From Epiperipatus broadwayi (lineage: Eukaryota > Animalia > Onychophora), in the NCBI GenBank assembly GCA_028023455.1, contig JAQFVV010000008.1:6882001-6946000 (forward strand): a stretch of DNA of 64,000 nucleotides. The letters run 5' to 3'. Below are positions 26,700 through 41,154 of the stretch, piece by piece. The notes under the pieces were generated by a model. The model was given only the letters and a program-made list of their open reading frames with translations. It was not told the origin of the DNA and did no database searches. A program made the position numbers and the translations under genes. How positions within the stretch are numbered: the stretch's first letter is position 1; each line of letters begins with the position of its first letter.

Positions 26700-29600
26700 A
26701 TATTACATTTCTTTAGGGTGTAAATGTTTTTTTAATCCAAAATCTATACCCAAGTTTTACCACAAAATAATTTTTAGGAGATCTAATATTAAACAGACAA
26801 AACTCTCCATACACTAGTGCCTCCCTATGCCAATCAGAGTAATCAATAGATGCCAGAAGGCTTGTGCATAAAATCCCCATGTAGTGCCTACTCATCCAAT
26901 ATCCCCAGTCTTGTTTTTGGCTTGTGACCTTCGTCAGTGAGGAGCCTTGGATCTGAGAGCACTGCACCTAGATCTTAGGATCTAATGCAACCCTCTAGCA
27001 GCCATCTTTTCTCTCTACTTAATTACAAAACTATAATAGAGAGAAAAGGTGGCTGATGGAAGGTTGCATTAGATCCTAAGATCTAGGTGCAGTTCTTTCA
27101 GATCCAAGACTCCTCACTGACGAAGGCCATAAGCCAGAAACTAGTCTGGGGATATTGGATGAGTAGGCACTAGATGGGGATTTTATACCCAAGCCTTCTG
27201 GTATTCATTGATTACTCTGGTTGGCATAGGGTGGCACTACGGTATAGAGAGTTTTGCCTGTTTAATAACAGTTATGTGATAGCATAAGAGATGGTGATCA
27301 TGTGATGTTTAAAGATCTAATATTCTTATTAGTTCATGTACCTAATGTAATGAGGATATGATGTTACAATAATAGACTAATATCATAACTGGTAAGATGA
27401 TGATCTTATTGATTGGTCTAGCAGAGCATTTATGAAGAAAATATTTTTAATATTTTTCTATTACATTAATATGAAATTCAAAGTCTCTCTTCCATACAAT
27501 AAATTGGACAAAGTGATAGCTTTAAGTAAAACTATTTTGGTTGCAGGTTTTTAAGTAATAAGTGCATCAGTAACATATTGGAATCTATTGCAATTCAACA
27601 TTTACTTAAAAATCTATTAAGATATTTAAGTTGATTCACATTCTTAAGATAATCAGACTAAAAGTTGTTAAAAAATTTTCTTTTAGCACTAGCCAATAAG
27701 AGACATGAATTTTCTTAAAACATTAATTACTGAATCAAAGTCTTTATAAGTTGCTTTCAAACCATTGATAGCACTCTTTAGATCATTTTTAAATTGATAA
27801 AAATAGCACAATCATTAGCATTCTTAAAAACCAAAATCCAACAAAATGAAGTTTTTGTTGTTGCTTTAGTTGGTTTAAAGAAAAAAACTTCAGCATCAAG
27901 CCAATGTTGTCTTAATACCTTTTTTATAAAGCCACTCATAAATTGATTCAAAGATATTAATATTAAACTGATTCAAAGATATTAATATCATAAAAATCAA
28001 AAACAAAGTTGGAGCTACTATATATTTTTGTTTAACAACAAATTTCATTTTATATGCTTCATATTTTTCACCAGCACTAATAAACTTTCTCATTCCATCT
28101 TAAACAAACTTCGGTGGTCAATCAGTTAACATTATAACAAACTATTTGATCAAGTAAATTAAATGCCTTAATGAATTCAATAAAAGGCAATATATAAATT
28201 ACATCTTTACTCCTAATTTCCTTTTTGCATTTGTTTGGTGACAAAACTTCATAGCATTTTTAATAGCCGTATTAAATCACTGGTGCAATCTATTAAACCA
28301 AAATCTTTGAAAATGCTTTTTATATAATTGGTTACATGATATTCTATAATAATTATTGCAATCTTTTCTATCCATTTATTTTTATAAATTAGCATTAATA
28401 GAAATATCTGTGAAATCATGTGGATATCTTTATGAATTCATATACTGTATTCCTAAAAAATTCCAATAGTTTTGAAACTCATTTGCCTCCATTATATATA
28501 TTAGGAAATGCAGGTTTTTCATTTTTAAGATTATACATAACTTTTATTTTTATTAAGATGGTTATATTTTTTTGTCCAAATCTAAATGAGACATAGGATG
28601 AATATATCATTAAAAGCTATTATTTCATTTTTTATATCTTTATTCAAAAGTTGTCAAAATATTTTCTCCTTGTTTGTAATATCTTTATCTTTCTAATTAC
28701 ATTGCCAAATCCATATGATATTAATATCATCTATATTCTTTATTACTTTATACAATGCTGGGGCAATCGAAACTGTCGGATTGTAAAAAAACATTATATA
28801 AAGTAATAAAGAATATTGATGATATTAATATTATATTGTTTGTAATATCACTTAAAATAATGCCTTCCATGGATTTAATATGATATTTTTCAAACTCCTA
28901 TAATTCTTTCAATGCATTAAAAAAAAATTGACCACCATCATTGAATGATGGTATATTTTTGTAATTTTTATCTATTAATAATTTTTAAGCCTTCCTGTTA
29001 TTTGCTGAACTTCTGCCTTTAAATCTTCATATTCTTTATGAAGCTCCATGTTCAATTTATTAGTTTCCTAACCAAAAACTACCCATTAGTAATTTTAATG
29101 CTTATTGACTGTTGAAATTTAGTATAAAGTAATAGATGCTTCTAAAAAACAAACATTATATTTCATGCAAATATGATTAGATGGGATCTAATTTTAATGC
29201 AATTAGCTTTTTAGTCTATAATCTATCAAGTAATCTGTATTTGTAAGTTTTCATTTTTTTTTTTCTGTATTCTGAATTCTAACTATAGTGTAATTTGTTC
29301 AATGATAGTGTTTAGATTTTGGTTCCGTCTAAATTTTTTTTAGAGTGATTTTGATGCCTAAACAAAGTTTTCAAGATGGTCAGTCCATGTATTTTAAAAC
29401 TTCTCCATGAAGAGTAATTTTAATTATCTTGATGTGATAAAACTATATAGCAAGAAATAAAAGCTTTCTTGTTCTGAACTTTTGTGAAATTAATATATAT
29501 TGGAATATAAACATGATAATACCACTAACATTATGTACAATAAATTTTAATACTGTTAGTTTTTCAGTAATATATCTAGACTTTTCAAGATTAGAAAATT

Positions 29601-29750
29601 CCCATTAGATCTCACAATAAAACTTGTACTAAACAGTTTTTTTTCCCCATTTGATTATTTGTCCTTCTAAAAAAGTATTGAAACCATTCCCTTTTTTATT
29701 AGACTTTTTGTTATATATACACTTATATCATTTTTAAATTAGATGCAAAT
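26700..29750 (-). mobile_element. Decayed RTE family B (BovB-like) LINE, interrupted by a fold-back element
   Basis: Minus-strand pieces VKQKYIVAPTLFLIF (cf. GVKQGCVLAPTLFSIF), NANDCAI (cf. YADDCAL), LKNVNQLKYL, LSNLLYG; RSPKNYF left of the palindrome. Confidence 0.65.
26787..27267. mobile_element. Fold-back element with ~230-bp arms and 19-bp spacer
   Basis: 26787-27017 is the reverse complement of 27037-27267 with scattered mismatches; ends ta-ttaa-acag...ctgt-ttaa-ta. Confidence 0.9.
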
Positions 29751-32700
29751 GCTGTCTTTCATTCAGATCTAATTCTATACATATATATTTAGAATGTAAA
29801 TACTTATTTCTATTAATTGTCACTATTTTCTGCTTTATTAACATTACAGATTTTGTAATTAATTTGTAGCACCTTAATGAATGATCTACCAGGCATGGCA
29901 ATGTGCTCAGATTGTGCATGACAGGTTATTTTTCAACCTTTTTTTCTAAGCCATTTCTTTCCATAGTAAGTTGTATTATCCCTGAATAGTGCTGCTTAAA
30001 CATATAATCTTTGTAAATTAAAATATTTGTCCCCAATTCAGTTCCAAAATAGCTCATTATTGATTGTATTATCCCATGCAAAGATCTTAACTAAGGATCT
30101 CAGTTTACCAAAACTGTCCCTACCATTGAAATGTGGTTGCATAAGTATACAATTATTCCACGTTATGGATCATATAAGAAGTCCATGATCGTCAAGCTCT
30201 ATGTTAAGTTGGATTAATATAGATTATAAAATAAAGAATTGCAGAGTGGAGATAACAATTCTATATTAGAAATAATATCTAGCCATAAATGAATCTATAT
30301 CTCACACTGCATGACAGCAGAAAGATTTTTTAGTTGAGCACCACTTATAGATTATTTGCAGTTAATCCTCATATCTGAAGATTTCCCCCTATCTGTTATA
30401 TATGGATCCTATCAATAGTCTGAATACATCACTAAACAATTTTAGATGAATATATTATTAAATTGTAAAAAAGGAGGGGATTAATGGATTTTGAATATCT
30501 CCATTTATTTTCTATGTTGTAAGCATAACATATATACAGTAATAATGTAAATGTTTAATGATGTATAATAGATGTTAATATGAGAAGAAAATCTATCGTT
30601 AATATTTCACAGAAAAATAGGGAAAATTGTTAGATATAAAAAGAAAAATGGAAGTATATTAAAGATAATATAATATCCATGTTCTTTTAGAAAGTCAACT
30701 TTTATTTACTTATTTATGTTCTTCAGTGTGAATTAAAAATTCTAATGTATAAAGAGGATTTTTTCTAATTAAACTATAATTTATTATTGACAATATACTT
30801 TTTTGTAGAATGTACTATCTCATAAAAAGTATTTATTATTATGTGTATGTAGTGTAATGAATATTTAATCAGCCAAAATAATAAGTTATACTATATTAAT
30901 TTAACTTACATAAAAATAAAATTATAGGATGTTCCTAACATTCTATATAGTACAAATTCTCTTTTATAAATATATGATCTAATCTTTAGTATTTGTTGTC
31001 AAGAGATTATAAAAATATTCATTTTTATAATTATAATTAAAATATAAATATAGAAATTTATTTATTGTTTACAATGGGATCATTCATAAATGAAAATGAT
31101 CATTCAAACTTCAGAAGAAAAAACAGTGATATATACAAAATAGAGTTAAAATTAAGTTTTGTAATGATTATATAAACTTATCTATGGATTACAAATACCT
31201 TCACTTTGTAATGATCCGCATGATTCCATCAGCTTGGAATGGAGGAAAAGTTGCATCTAACAGCAGTCGGACTTTGGGTCTTTGGGTAAGATGCTGGTGA
31301 TAATGCGATGAAATGCATAACCAATAATTGCATATACTCTTAATTGACTAGCTCTATACTTATTTAATAATTTCAGATACAATTTAGGTTAGTTCATCCA
31401 CCTCTCACCTCTTTCCGGTACCATTATGCCCTAATATTTGAACCCAGGGAGAATTTGCCTTTGACTCTCTTAGCAGGTATAAACAGATACACATAGAAAC
31501 TTTCACATCTTTATATAGGTTACAATTAGCATTATTAGTAGTCAATTTGTTATAAGACTATTATATAAAAGTGAAATAAGTGTGTGCGCATGTTGAAACT
31601 AATATTTAATTATTGAATGCAATGTTATCTCAATATACATTAAAGATGGAATAATGTAAACTGTTTAACATTTATTAACAATGATAAAACAAATTAATAA
31701 TAAAATATTTTAACAATAATAAAAATATATAATTATATATGTATCAAATATGAACCTCTACCATTCCATCAGTTAATAATTTTATGGTTCCATCCCCTTT
31801 TCCCAATGGTAGAAATCCATTATGGCACTCATTCCTTACAATATCATAAAAAATAGGCATAAAAATATTAACACTTTAAAATGATCATGACACTAATTAA
31901 CTAAGTTAAATATCCATTGTCTCATTCATAATAATATTGTGATTCATTCCTGCAGAAAAACAATCTATTTGATTAAGTTGCCCAATCTAAGTTTAAATAC
32001 ATATGATAGATAAAGAAATTTTCTCTAGATATTTAGTCATTCACACTGAAATAACATATAACAATTGTTAATCAACAATAAATAACATAACTTGAACTCT
32101 GTTATCTACCAAGTGTTGTAATTTAATCTGAGAAAAATAGATGAAAATCTTACCTCAATATGTACAAATAACTAGATGTCAAGCTGCTGTAAATTTAATG
32201 GACTCATTTAAATTTTATTTACAATAATAAAAAAAATAACTAAGTTTAACCATCCCCCTCCTTTTTTCTACTAACACTAAAAATGAAACCTCTCATAGAA
32301 TAAACTGTGAAGTTCATACTTCTGAGTATGAAAATAAAACAACAAATAAAAGAAAAATCAAAGGAAATTTTACAATATTAATCACTTGATGAAAATTAAT
32401 GGTTGAAACAAAGTTCAATGAATCATCTTGATAATAGTTCATGATGTTTTGGCATGAAAATTTCCAATAAGTGGTTTTGCTCTCCATATCACTTTTCTTT
32501 GGCAAAGAATTGATTATGCAACAATGTGTCTTGGCATTGTTTAAAATATAAACACATCAATCCTTAGCTGATCTATCTCTTAATTCTCCCGTGTACACTT
32601 CTTCTCGGACAGTAGGCATCTTCTTGGGTGTAATGATAAAGTAGAAAATGGAAGTTTTATGCAGTCATGTTAGGAAAGAAAGCGGTCAACATCACAGCAT

Positions 32701-34399
32701 GACTGTTTTACTCCATATACATTTCAGAGTAATATTATATAATTATTTGTAATCATAATTAACAAATAATGAAGAATTTTTTTATATATATCATATAAAT
32801 TATTCCATAACTTGCTTTAACTATTAACAGTATCTGTGTTCTTTTTCTGTCGAGATTTAAAAATACCAAAACTCTTTCACTCATGATCAGAAAATAATCT
32901 AGTTATTACAAAAATTTATAAAATCTACTTAATTTCACTTTATAACTATTACTGCTAAATTTGATATAATTTTATACTACAGTACTTGTAATTTCGAACA
33001 ACAAACTCCATTTTTCAGCATTCGAAATTTTAATTCAATTGATATTAGTTCATTAAGCATACAAATTATTTTCAAGAAGAAGGATTTTAAATTGATTTTG
33101 CTTATTATACTCCTGTTAGGTTGATGTAGCTGCTTATTGTTATGTTCATTCCATTAATAATAATTTCATTAAAAAATAAATAAAATAGTAAAATCATAGT
33201 TTTATTCTTATACTCGGTTTTCTAGTTACTTAACTTGACATCAGGTCATTTCCAAGTTTACCTAGTTTCAGTTCGCATCATCTTTTATTGTTCAGTTTAG
33301 AACGTATTAAAGCTTGTTTAATAATATATACTATAATATTTTGCTGTACTAAATGATTCATTATAAAAAACAATAATCTATCATGACTTTTTCTTTGTTT
33401 AAATGTTAGTATAAATAAATACATGTATTACACATATATTTATATATTTAAAATAGTCAAATAACTTTCCCATTATTAGTACAAGTTTTAAGATGGATTT
33501 AATTTAATAAGTGGGCTAATCTTGATTAGAATGATTGAGTTGTAAGCTACCCCTTACAATATATATCACATCATAGAGCAATCAGTAATATACTTTTTTA
33601 GCATGATTCTGAGATAATCTTTATAAAAGAAATGTAATCTGCATCTCACATGAAAACCGTATTCAAATTCATTATAAAATTCATTTTTCAGGAAGTCTGT
33701 TAAAATTCATTCAGCTTCATATTTCTAATTTTACATAGGTATGCCTTTTCAATAGTAATGCAATATCATCATATTTATAAAGCTGAAGGGCATACTAATT
33801 GTTCTCATGTTCTTGCCATCACATTTTCAGAATGTTATGAAGAATCCTCAAAAGAAATATTTTTAATACCTTGGTTTTATATCGATAGCAAATCCTTATC
33901 TCATTTCCATGCAATAAACTTATTAAATTAGCAATTCTATGTTAAACCAATTTAATTGAAATAGTTATATCATTGTGATAAAGTTCCCTATCTTTTAACT
34001 TGTTGTAAACAGCAGAAGCACATTGCATATAACCATTTAAATACTTGAAACGATCAAATTTTAACGTTATAAACTTTAAAATAATTAATTTAAAACAAAA
34101 TTGAAAGAGACAACTCTCTATAAATAAATAAAAAAGTTTAATACATCAACGCGGCTTTCATTCCTTAATGGAATAAAAATTGGTTTATTGTACAGTATTA
34201 AATAATTATTCATAGAGTGTTGTCTGTTTCAATTTTGTTTTAAAGTGATTACTTTAAATTTTAATCATCTGAATCTACCATTTATCTAAAAAAAAAACCC
34301 ACATTTTCAAGCTGGTAACCATTCAGACTATTTTATGATATAAATCATCCATGATTTTTTTCAACACTAATTATTACTAAATCTAAGTCTTTAAATGTT

Positions 34400-35030
34400 G
34401 AGTTCAAAACATTAAAAATATTCTTTAGATAATTTTTTAAATTGGAATGAATTATACACTTATCAGTATACTATAAATGTACTAGTTAAGAAACCAATTT
34501 TTTTGTTTTTGCTGTTAATTAGTCCAAATTTAAAACTCTGTCATCAAATCTATATCATATATTGATTTCTGCTTCTGAAACTGGCTATAGGGTTTTCACA
34601 TCTACTATCATAAATTGAAAACAAAATTAGAGGTAGTATACATTCTTATTTAATACCAGTTTTCATTTTATCCTGATTCATAAAGCATGTTCTCATATTG
34701 TCAGTTGGAATCTGTATAATATAGAAACTGGCTAATTTTAGACATTTTGATTAACTGATTCATATATCTTGATCAAATCTATAAAAGCAATGTTTAGATT
34801 ATGATGCTTTTGCTCATTAACTTTTATTGTATTTTCCTGATAAAAACCATGTATAGAACTTCTTGATTCTCTAAAACAAAATTGAATCTTAGATATCAAA
34901 GAATCAATAAATTTCTTGGAAAATATTTTCATTGTAATTGTAATCAGTAACAGCGATAATCCGTGATAATTTCTGCTGTTTTTTTTATCTCCTTTGTTTT
35001 TAAAAATGGGAAAAATTAATGCAACTTTAA
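34400..35030 (-). mobile_element. RTE-type RT fragment
   Basis: ORF 34738-34932: FRESRSSIHGF...NLNIAFIDLIKIYESVN (cf. FVDLxKAFDxV). Confidence 0.5.
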
Positions 35031-35036
35031 GGCCAA

Positions 35037-37890
35037 GTGGGGCAACTTCATCATCATTATCAAGTCAGTGCAGGAGAAGGTCTCTCCAAGTTTAATCCAG
35101 CTTCTATGATCTCTAGTTTCTCTTTTTCATCTCATACCAACAAATGTTTTTATTTCATTCATCCATCTCACATATGGTCTCTCCCTATATTTTTTTACAA
35201 TCTCTTGGGATCCAGTTTAAGATTTCTTCAATTGTCCATCTATTATCATTTTTTTTGCTAATATGTCTATCCTTTTCTTAATTCCTTCCATAATATCAGT
35301 AATACCAAGTTTATTCTGTCACCCATATTTAATTTTCAATCCCTTCTTGTTACTGCTAACATGAAGTCTCAGTATTTCTTTTCTAGTAAATATCCAAGAA
35401 CTCAAATTCATGAATAAGAACTAGTAAAACATTTTCATTAAAAAAAAATTTTTTTTTTTTCAAACACATAGGCATATTTTCTTTTAATATTAAGTTATTT
35501 CTATCAAAAATAATTCATCCAAGTTTAAGTCTATCATTAATTTCATTCATTATGTTTCCATCTGTATTACTAATCTAACCAAGATATTTGCAGTTATTAT
35601 TATTATTAATAATAAACAGCCACTCATAAATGAGTACGGCCATTACAAATTCAAAAAAAAAATTGAGAAAAGAAAAAAGACTATTCTAAAAATAAGTTGT
35701 GTGATGATAATACAAACCAAGGTGAGAACCACAAATACATTCCTATACAGAACATGATGGTCCATTTTTCTATTATTTGATATTTAGTGATGTAGTCTTT
35801 TAGTTTCCTCAGCAGAAAACTTTTTTTTCTGAAATACTTCAATGTTATGTTTAATTGTAGGTCTCCAATATATTCTATTTTCTGTCATATCTACCCAATA
35901 GAAACAATTGACATTGCACTTATTAAAATATTTTTGATATAATCCTTATAATTAAGATGAGACCTACCACTCTAATGAAAACCATACTCAAGTTCACGAT
36001 AAAACACTATTAGAAAGGCTTACATTGTTCATTTGTTTTTTATATCCAATTCAACAACGGTGTGATTTTATAATAGTGGACCCAATAATAACATCCAGCA
36101 AGCTGAAGAACATATTGATTAGTTTTGTGATTTTGCCATTATATTTTTAAAATTTTAGGGAGCATTCATACATGAAACTTTTTAATGCCTTTATATTGTG
36201 CTGATAGAGTGTTCAAGTTTTACTTCCATACAATAAATTAGGTAAAATAACAGCTGTAACACAGTTCACTTAATTCTAATAGTTATTTCCTTGTGATAAA
36301 ATATTCTGTCTGTTGACTTGTTAAAAGCAGAAGCAATATATTAGAATCTGTGTTAAATCTCAATGTCTAAGTCCACCTTTCTATTTATAAACTGTCAAAA
36401 TATTTAAACTGGTTTACATCCTTAAATTGATAACCATCCAAGCTAAACAACATTGAGGATCTTTCATCTGTCTTTAATTTATAAAGAACTTCACTTTTTT
36501 CAATCTTAATTAATAAACCAAGGTCTTTATATGGTGTAGTGAACACATTAAGAACATTCCATAAATTATCTTTTGAACTGGCTGTTAATTAATTCAAATT
36601 AAAAATTTTATTGAATATTAGTTTAGTTTTTTAGCATTATCTTTAGGCTATTTTCTTATTTTCATCTGATAACTTTTAACAACTTTTCCTGAAATTTTGA
36701 AGCATTATTTACAAAAATAACCACATCATCTTGCCACTTTAATCCACAAAATACTTTTTTAAAACTGCTGTAAAAAGTTTTGGAAATATGGAATCACCCT
36801 GATATGCATCTGTCTCAAGGTTAATTAATTTAGTATCACTGTGTAACCTAATTATTGTTGCATTTTGATGAATAATTTTCACAATATGGTAATATTCTGT
36901 GTCTATATCTTGATGATTCAAGGTTTTAATCAGTATAGAAATGCTTTTAGAATCAAATGTGTTTTCATAATATATAAATCAAATGCATAATGGCACTTCA
37001 TATTTATTGGTTCTTTCTACAACTTTTTTTAATACGTAAATCCAATTTTTTTTTTTTTTTGGTTAGTTAAATCCCAAATTTGCTAAAGGCATGTTATAAT
37101 TATCTTAGTAAAAATTTTGTATAGAACTAATAAAAGGCTGAAAAGTCTGTTTAATATGCAATCAGTCTTCACAATATTATTTCACTTTTGTATTTATAAT
37201 GAATCCCACTTCTTTTGCTCTTTCAATATTTGTGCCTTTGTAAATAAACTATATGTCCACTTTTTAAATCAATTGTCTCTTTTTTTTTTTTTTTTTTAAC
37301 CTCACAAGGTCAACAATGTCCCATTTAATATTAGACAATTCTTTTCCAATTTATGGAACCTTCCTTTAATCAAGTGATCTGCAGTTATGGGTGCTAAATA
37401 AAAGGTCACAATATGCCAGCCTGGGTTTATAATCAGCGGATTCTCAGCATCCTCTGCTTTTGGCCACTATTGGTTATCCTGGCTGGTGACTTAACAGTTT
37501 CTGGGAGTAAGGGCCAAAATTTAATTTTGTCGCTTATGATTGTAAATATTTACTTTTTAAAATGTTCATTCACACATGCATGCATTCTGCCTTCAAAAAA
37601 ACTCAATTGATATTTCAATTAAAAATTATCAGGCAACTGAGAAACAAGACCAAGATGTTTCTTGATCTTAAACTTGGAGATAAAATGCCAATAAATTCAC
37701 CACACTGGCTGATGAATGTTAGTGAGCAGTTCATCTATCTTTCTATATGACATGAATAATCATACAGTAATAACATGTTATGACAAGAAGATATGGACAT
37801 GAAGATATGGAATGGATATTAGTGATCTGCCATTCTTTGTTTTTTTTAAGACCTCAAAAAGGAATTAAAGAATCTCCTTTTAATTAATAG
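35037..37890 (-). mobile_element. Decayed RTE family A LINE, inverted relative to 21150-24130
   Basis: 3' end with (GAT)n-like tail at ~35050; QGDSIFPKLFT at 36739-36921; APE at ~37170-37400; 5' UTR homologous to 21150-21600. Confidence 0.8.
35595..36640 (-). mobile_element. RTE family B 3' fragment nested in the family A copy
   Basis: VILPNLLYGSKT.TLY motif; shares sequence with 440-530; (TAA)n tail at ~35595-35610. Confidence 0.6.
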
Positions 37891-39012
37891 TAAACTCCTT
37901 TTTGTAGCTAGACAATTTCATGAATCCATATATTCCTACAAACTTTCAAATAGTTTAGAAATGAGCATGTAACCATTTTAAAATTTTTCTGATGTCCTAA
38001 GAATGTATAGATTTTATATTTTTAATGAATTTATAGATTGAATATATTATTAAAAGCAATCACTGAATTTTATAACATTATTCAATTAATGATAAAAGTA
38101 TTACATGTGTTTAAATTATTATTATCATATTAAAAAAAACATTTAGTGATTTAATAGAATTGTGATGTAGTTTTTTATATAAATAAATTACTTTCTATAT
38201 GCATAAAAAAAATCTAATGTGATCATAATCAACAATAATTTTTAATTTTACTTTCCAATTGTTAAATTCTCTTTTATTTTATCAAGTCAAAAATATCATG
38301 TTTTCTTTTAACCTAGTCATATATAACATATTACCTTTTGTCAAAAAAAAATTACTGTTGGATTTCTGCTTTGTTTTATATATTCATATTATCTGTATTG
38401 CCTTCTTATTGAACTTGTTTATGTCTGAACTATCTTCAAAGTCTTGACAATTTAAAGCATTTTGTAAGTTTTGGTTTAAATTCAACAGATTATTTTCAAA
38501 AGTTAGAAATATTAATAATTTTTACTTTTATTTTAAGTAGCTTTGTTTCTCTAATTTTGCAATAAGCACATTAATTAATGATCATTTTCTGTGGAGAATC
38601 TATTAAATATATTACTGTCTTGAAATATAAAAAAAAAAAAGGCTTGTTTAGAGCTATTAGCACGCTCTTAATTTTACATATTTGTAAGTGCAAGCTATAT
38701 ATAAGTCATGTGACATCTGACTTGTTATTATTACTATTAGTTATATTGTAATTCAGCAGTTATATTTTCATTTAAACATCTCTATATTCATTTTGTTTTA
38801 GATACATACTTAATTGTGTAAAATCATAGATTGTTTCTGCAACTTGAATTCATACCCCTCTTTTTTATAGAAATTTCATAAATAACTGCCTTATTTTTAA
38901 TTCAGAAAATGTGACTTTTTTTTAAATACTTACTGATATATTCAAATAATTTTAATAGATAATAAATATGTATTATTTTACTGCTTTTAACATGATGTTT
39001 CTATTTTTATAG

Positions 39013-39268
39013 GTGCCCAATTATTTGCCTTCCGTCAGTAGTTCAATTGGAAGTTATTCTCCTCAGCGTTATATTTGGCATGTTGGAATTGCATTACATT
39101 TAATACCCCGAATAATGGTATCAAGAATGTATTATAATTTTTACAAAAAAAATTCTACATCTAAATCTTTATTATATAAAGGATTATATAATTTGGCCCA
39201 CTGTTTGAACATTATTGAAATTTCATCATTGACTTTATTAACATACATTTCTTCTACAGAAAATTATG
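39013..39268 (+). CDS. PGAP2: PGAP2 coding exon 2
   Basis: tttttatag acceptor; VPNYLPSVSSSIGSYSPQRYIWHVGIALHLIPR...LLTYISSTENY; G|GTAAG donor, phase 1. Confidence 0.95.
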
Positions 39269-40429
39269 GTAAGAAATTGATGTTTATATTCCATTTTCAA
39301 ATTATGTGTGCATATATATATATATTATTATTATTTAACAAAAAAATAAAATGTAATAATGCTTATAAATGGTTTGACATGCTTATCAATATATGATGTT
39401 CTTGGAGATATATTAAATCATCTTTTTATTTCAAAACTTTATGAAAAAATATGCATTTAAATTTTTATCCAGCATTTTTCATGGGACAAGAGGAAGACAA
39501 GAAGAAGCTGAAACATTTTTATTATTTTCCCAATTTTGAGACTAAAGAAAGCTGTCAATATGTTCAGGATATTATAAATAAAAATGATTGGATAGAGATT
39601 TTATAGTGAAAAAAAGAGGGAGGGAGACTATAATAAAGATAAAAAATATATAAAATTATTATATTAAAACAAAAAATAAAAAAAGAAGTAAAAAATTAAC
39701 ATATTAAGTTATTAATAAAAATCATTGTTTAAGAATTATTAAAGTGATAATGGTATGTACATATCTACAGCTATATAAATAGAAGAAATTAAAAAAGCAG
39801 TATACAAATTGCTAAAATTATAGTTCAATAATGTAACGATCATGAAATATGTTGTAAAAACACACATATATGTCTATCTGTGTTTCACATTTTATAATTT
39901 GAAATAAATAAACAAATTATTAAGAAAAATAGAAATGAAAAATAGTTTGAAAAAAAGTAAATTAGTAAAAATGAAATCAATAAAATAAAAGATTGCATCA
40001 TTTTATTTTTTAGAACAGAATTGTTTTATTAAGAATAAGATTGGGGAAAAAGAATCAGGTGAGATAAAGATTTAATATGCCCTCTTCTTTTTATAATTAA
40101 AAAAAGAAAAAAGTAAATGTTAAAAGAATAAATAAATATGAAAGGTTTTAAAATAAAATTGTGAATAGAATTAATTAGAAAATCTTGTACACTATCTCAT
40201 CAGCAGGAATGCATTTAAAATTTGAAAGATTCCTGGCCAATAAGATCTTAGATGAATCTAAGAAAAAAATTTAGATAATAATGTAAAATTAATTAAACCA
40301 AAGTAAAATTATAATAAAAAAATAAACAATATAAGAGTTAGGTATAAAAAAGGCAGCTTGTCCATTATTTCCAGTTTAAGTTTAAGTTGAAATTTCCTGA
40401 TTGTTTTCAGAAGTTTTTTCAAAGCCAGT

Positions 40430-40562
40430 TCAGTTGGTCAGTTGCTGATTTCATTGAATCATTCATCAGCACTGAGGGCATAGTTAAATGTGACCCTCTA
40501 TGAGTTCATTGAGCCATTCATCAGCACTTGAGGGCATAGTTAACATGACTCTCAATGAGCCA
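40430..40562 (-). repeat. ~55-bp tandem repeat (2 copies plus a partial), each full copy carrying CTGATGA on the minus strand
   Basis: cattcatcagcact(t)gagggcatagttaa recurs, with tcatcag at 40463 and 40518. Confidence 0.75.
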
Positions 40563-41154
40563 GTTCTTACTGCTGTGGAAATATAAAAATAGAACTGCAG
40601 AAGTAGCAACATGCATTGCTAAAGAATCTTGGAGTGTTCAGGTGCACTTCATACCCTGGGATCCTCAACTCCATCATCTGCTCTCACTTGGAATCAATGC
40701 CTCATCCATAATATAGATGCTGTTGTATACTCTTTCTCTCCTATTGTTTATCAGAAGTATGGAAGGAAACCCATGAAGCTGTCACTAGAGATTGAAAGAC
40801 CAGCCATTTGGAAATAAGAATTTATATAAAAGCGTCAACTGCAGAAAGATGATATCGTCTTAACTTAATAAAAACCTAGGTAAATATACTTTTTGATAGT
40901 AAATTGTCTAGACATATATTTTTTAAATTGAAATGAACTATAAATGAAGGACAATCAGTAATATTGATTTTCTAGCAATTAATAGGTACTTATTTATTTT
41001 CTGTGTTATATTGTACTATTATATTTATTTAAATATGTAAACATGTGAATAAAAAAAATATTTGCTTAAATGTTGTTTGGTCTATATTATCTTTCTTTTA
41101 ATTGTGTCATCAGTAATTTAAAGATTAGAAATATTTCCATATGTTAATTAGTAC

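Noticed and set aside
27800-28520. Possible Polinton/viral protein-primed PolB on the minus strand
   Set aside because: The apparent NS.YG and YNGGK motifs need frameshifts, while the same region gives clear RTE RT motifs (VAPTLF, NANDCAI, QLKYL, LLYG).
32800-34150. Possible hAT transposase relic on the minus strand
   Set aside because: Only faint motif resemblance; I could not reconstruct a convincing frame.
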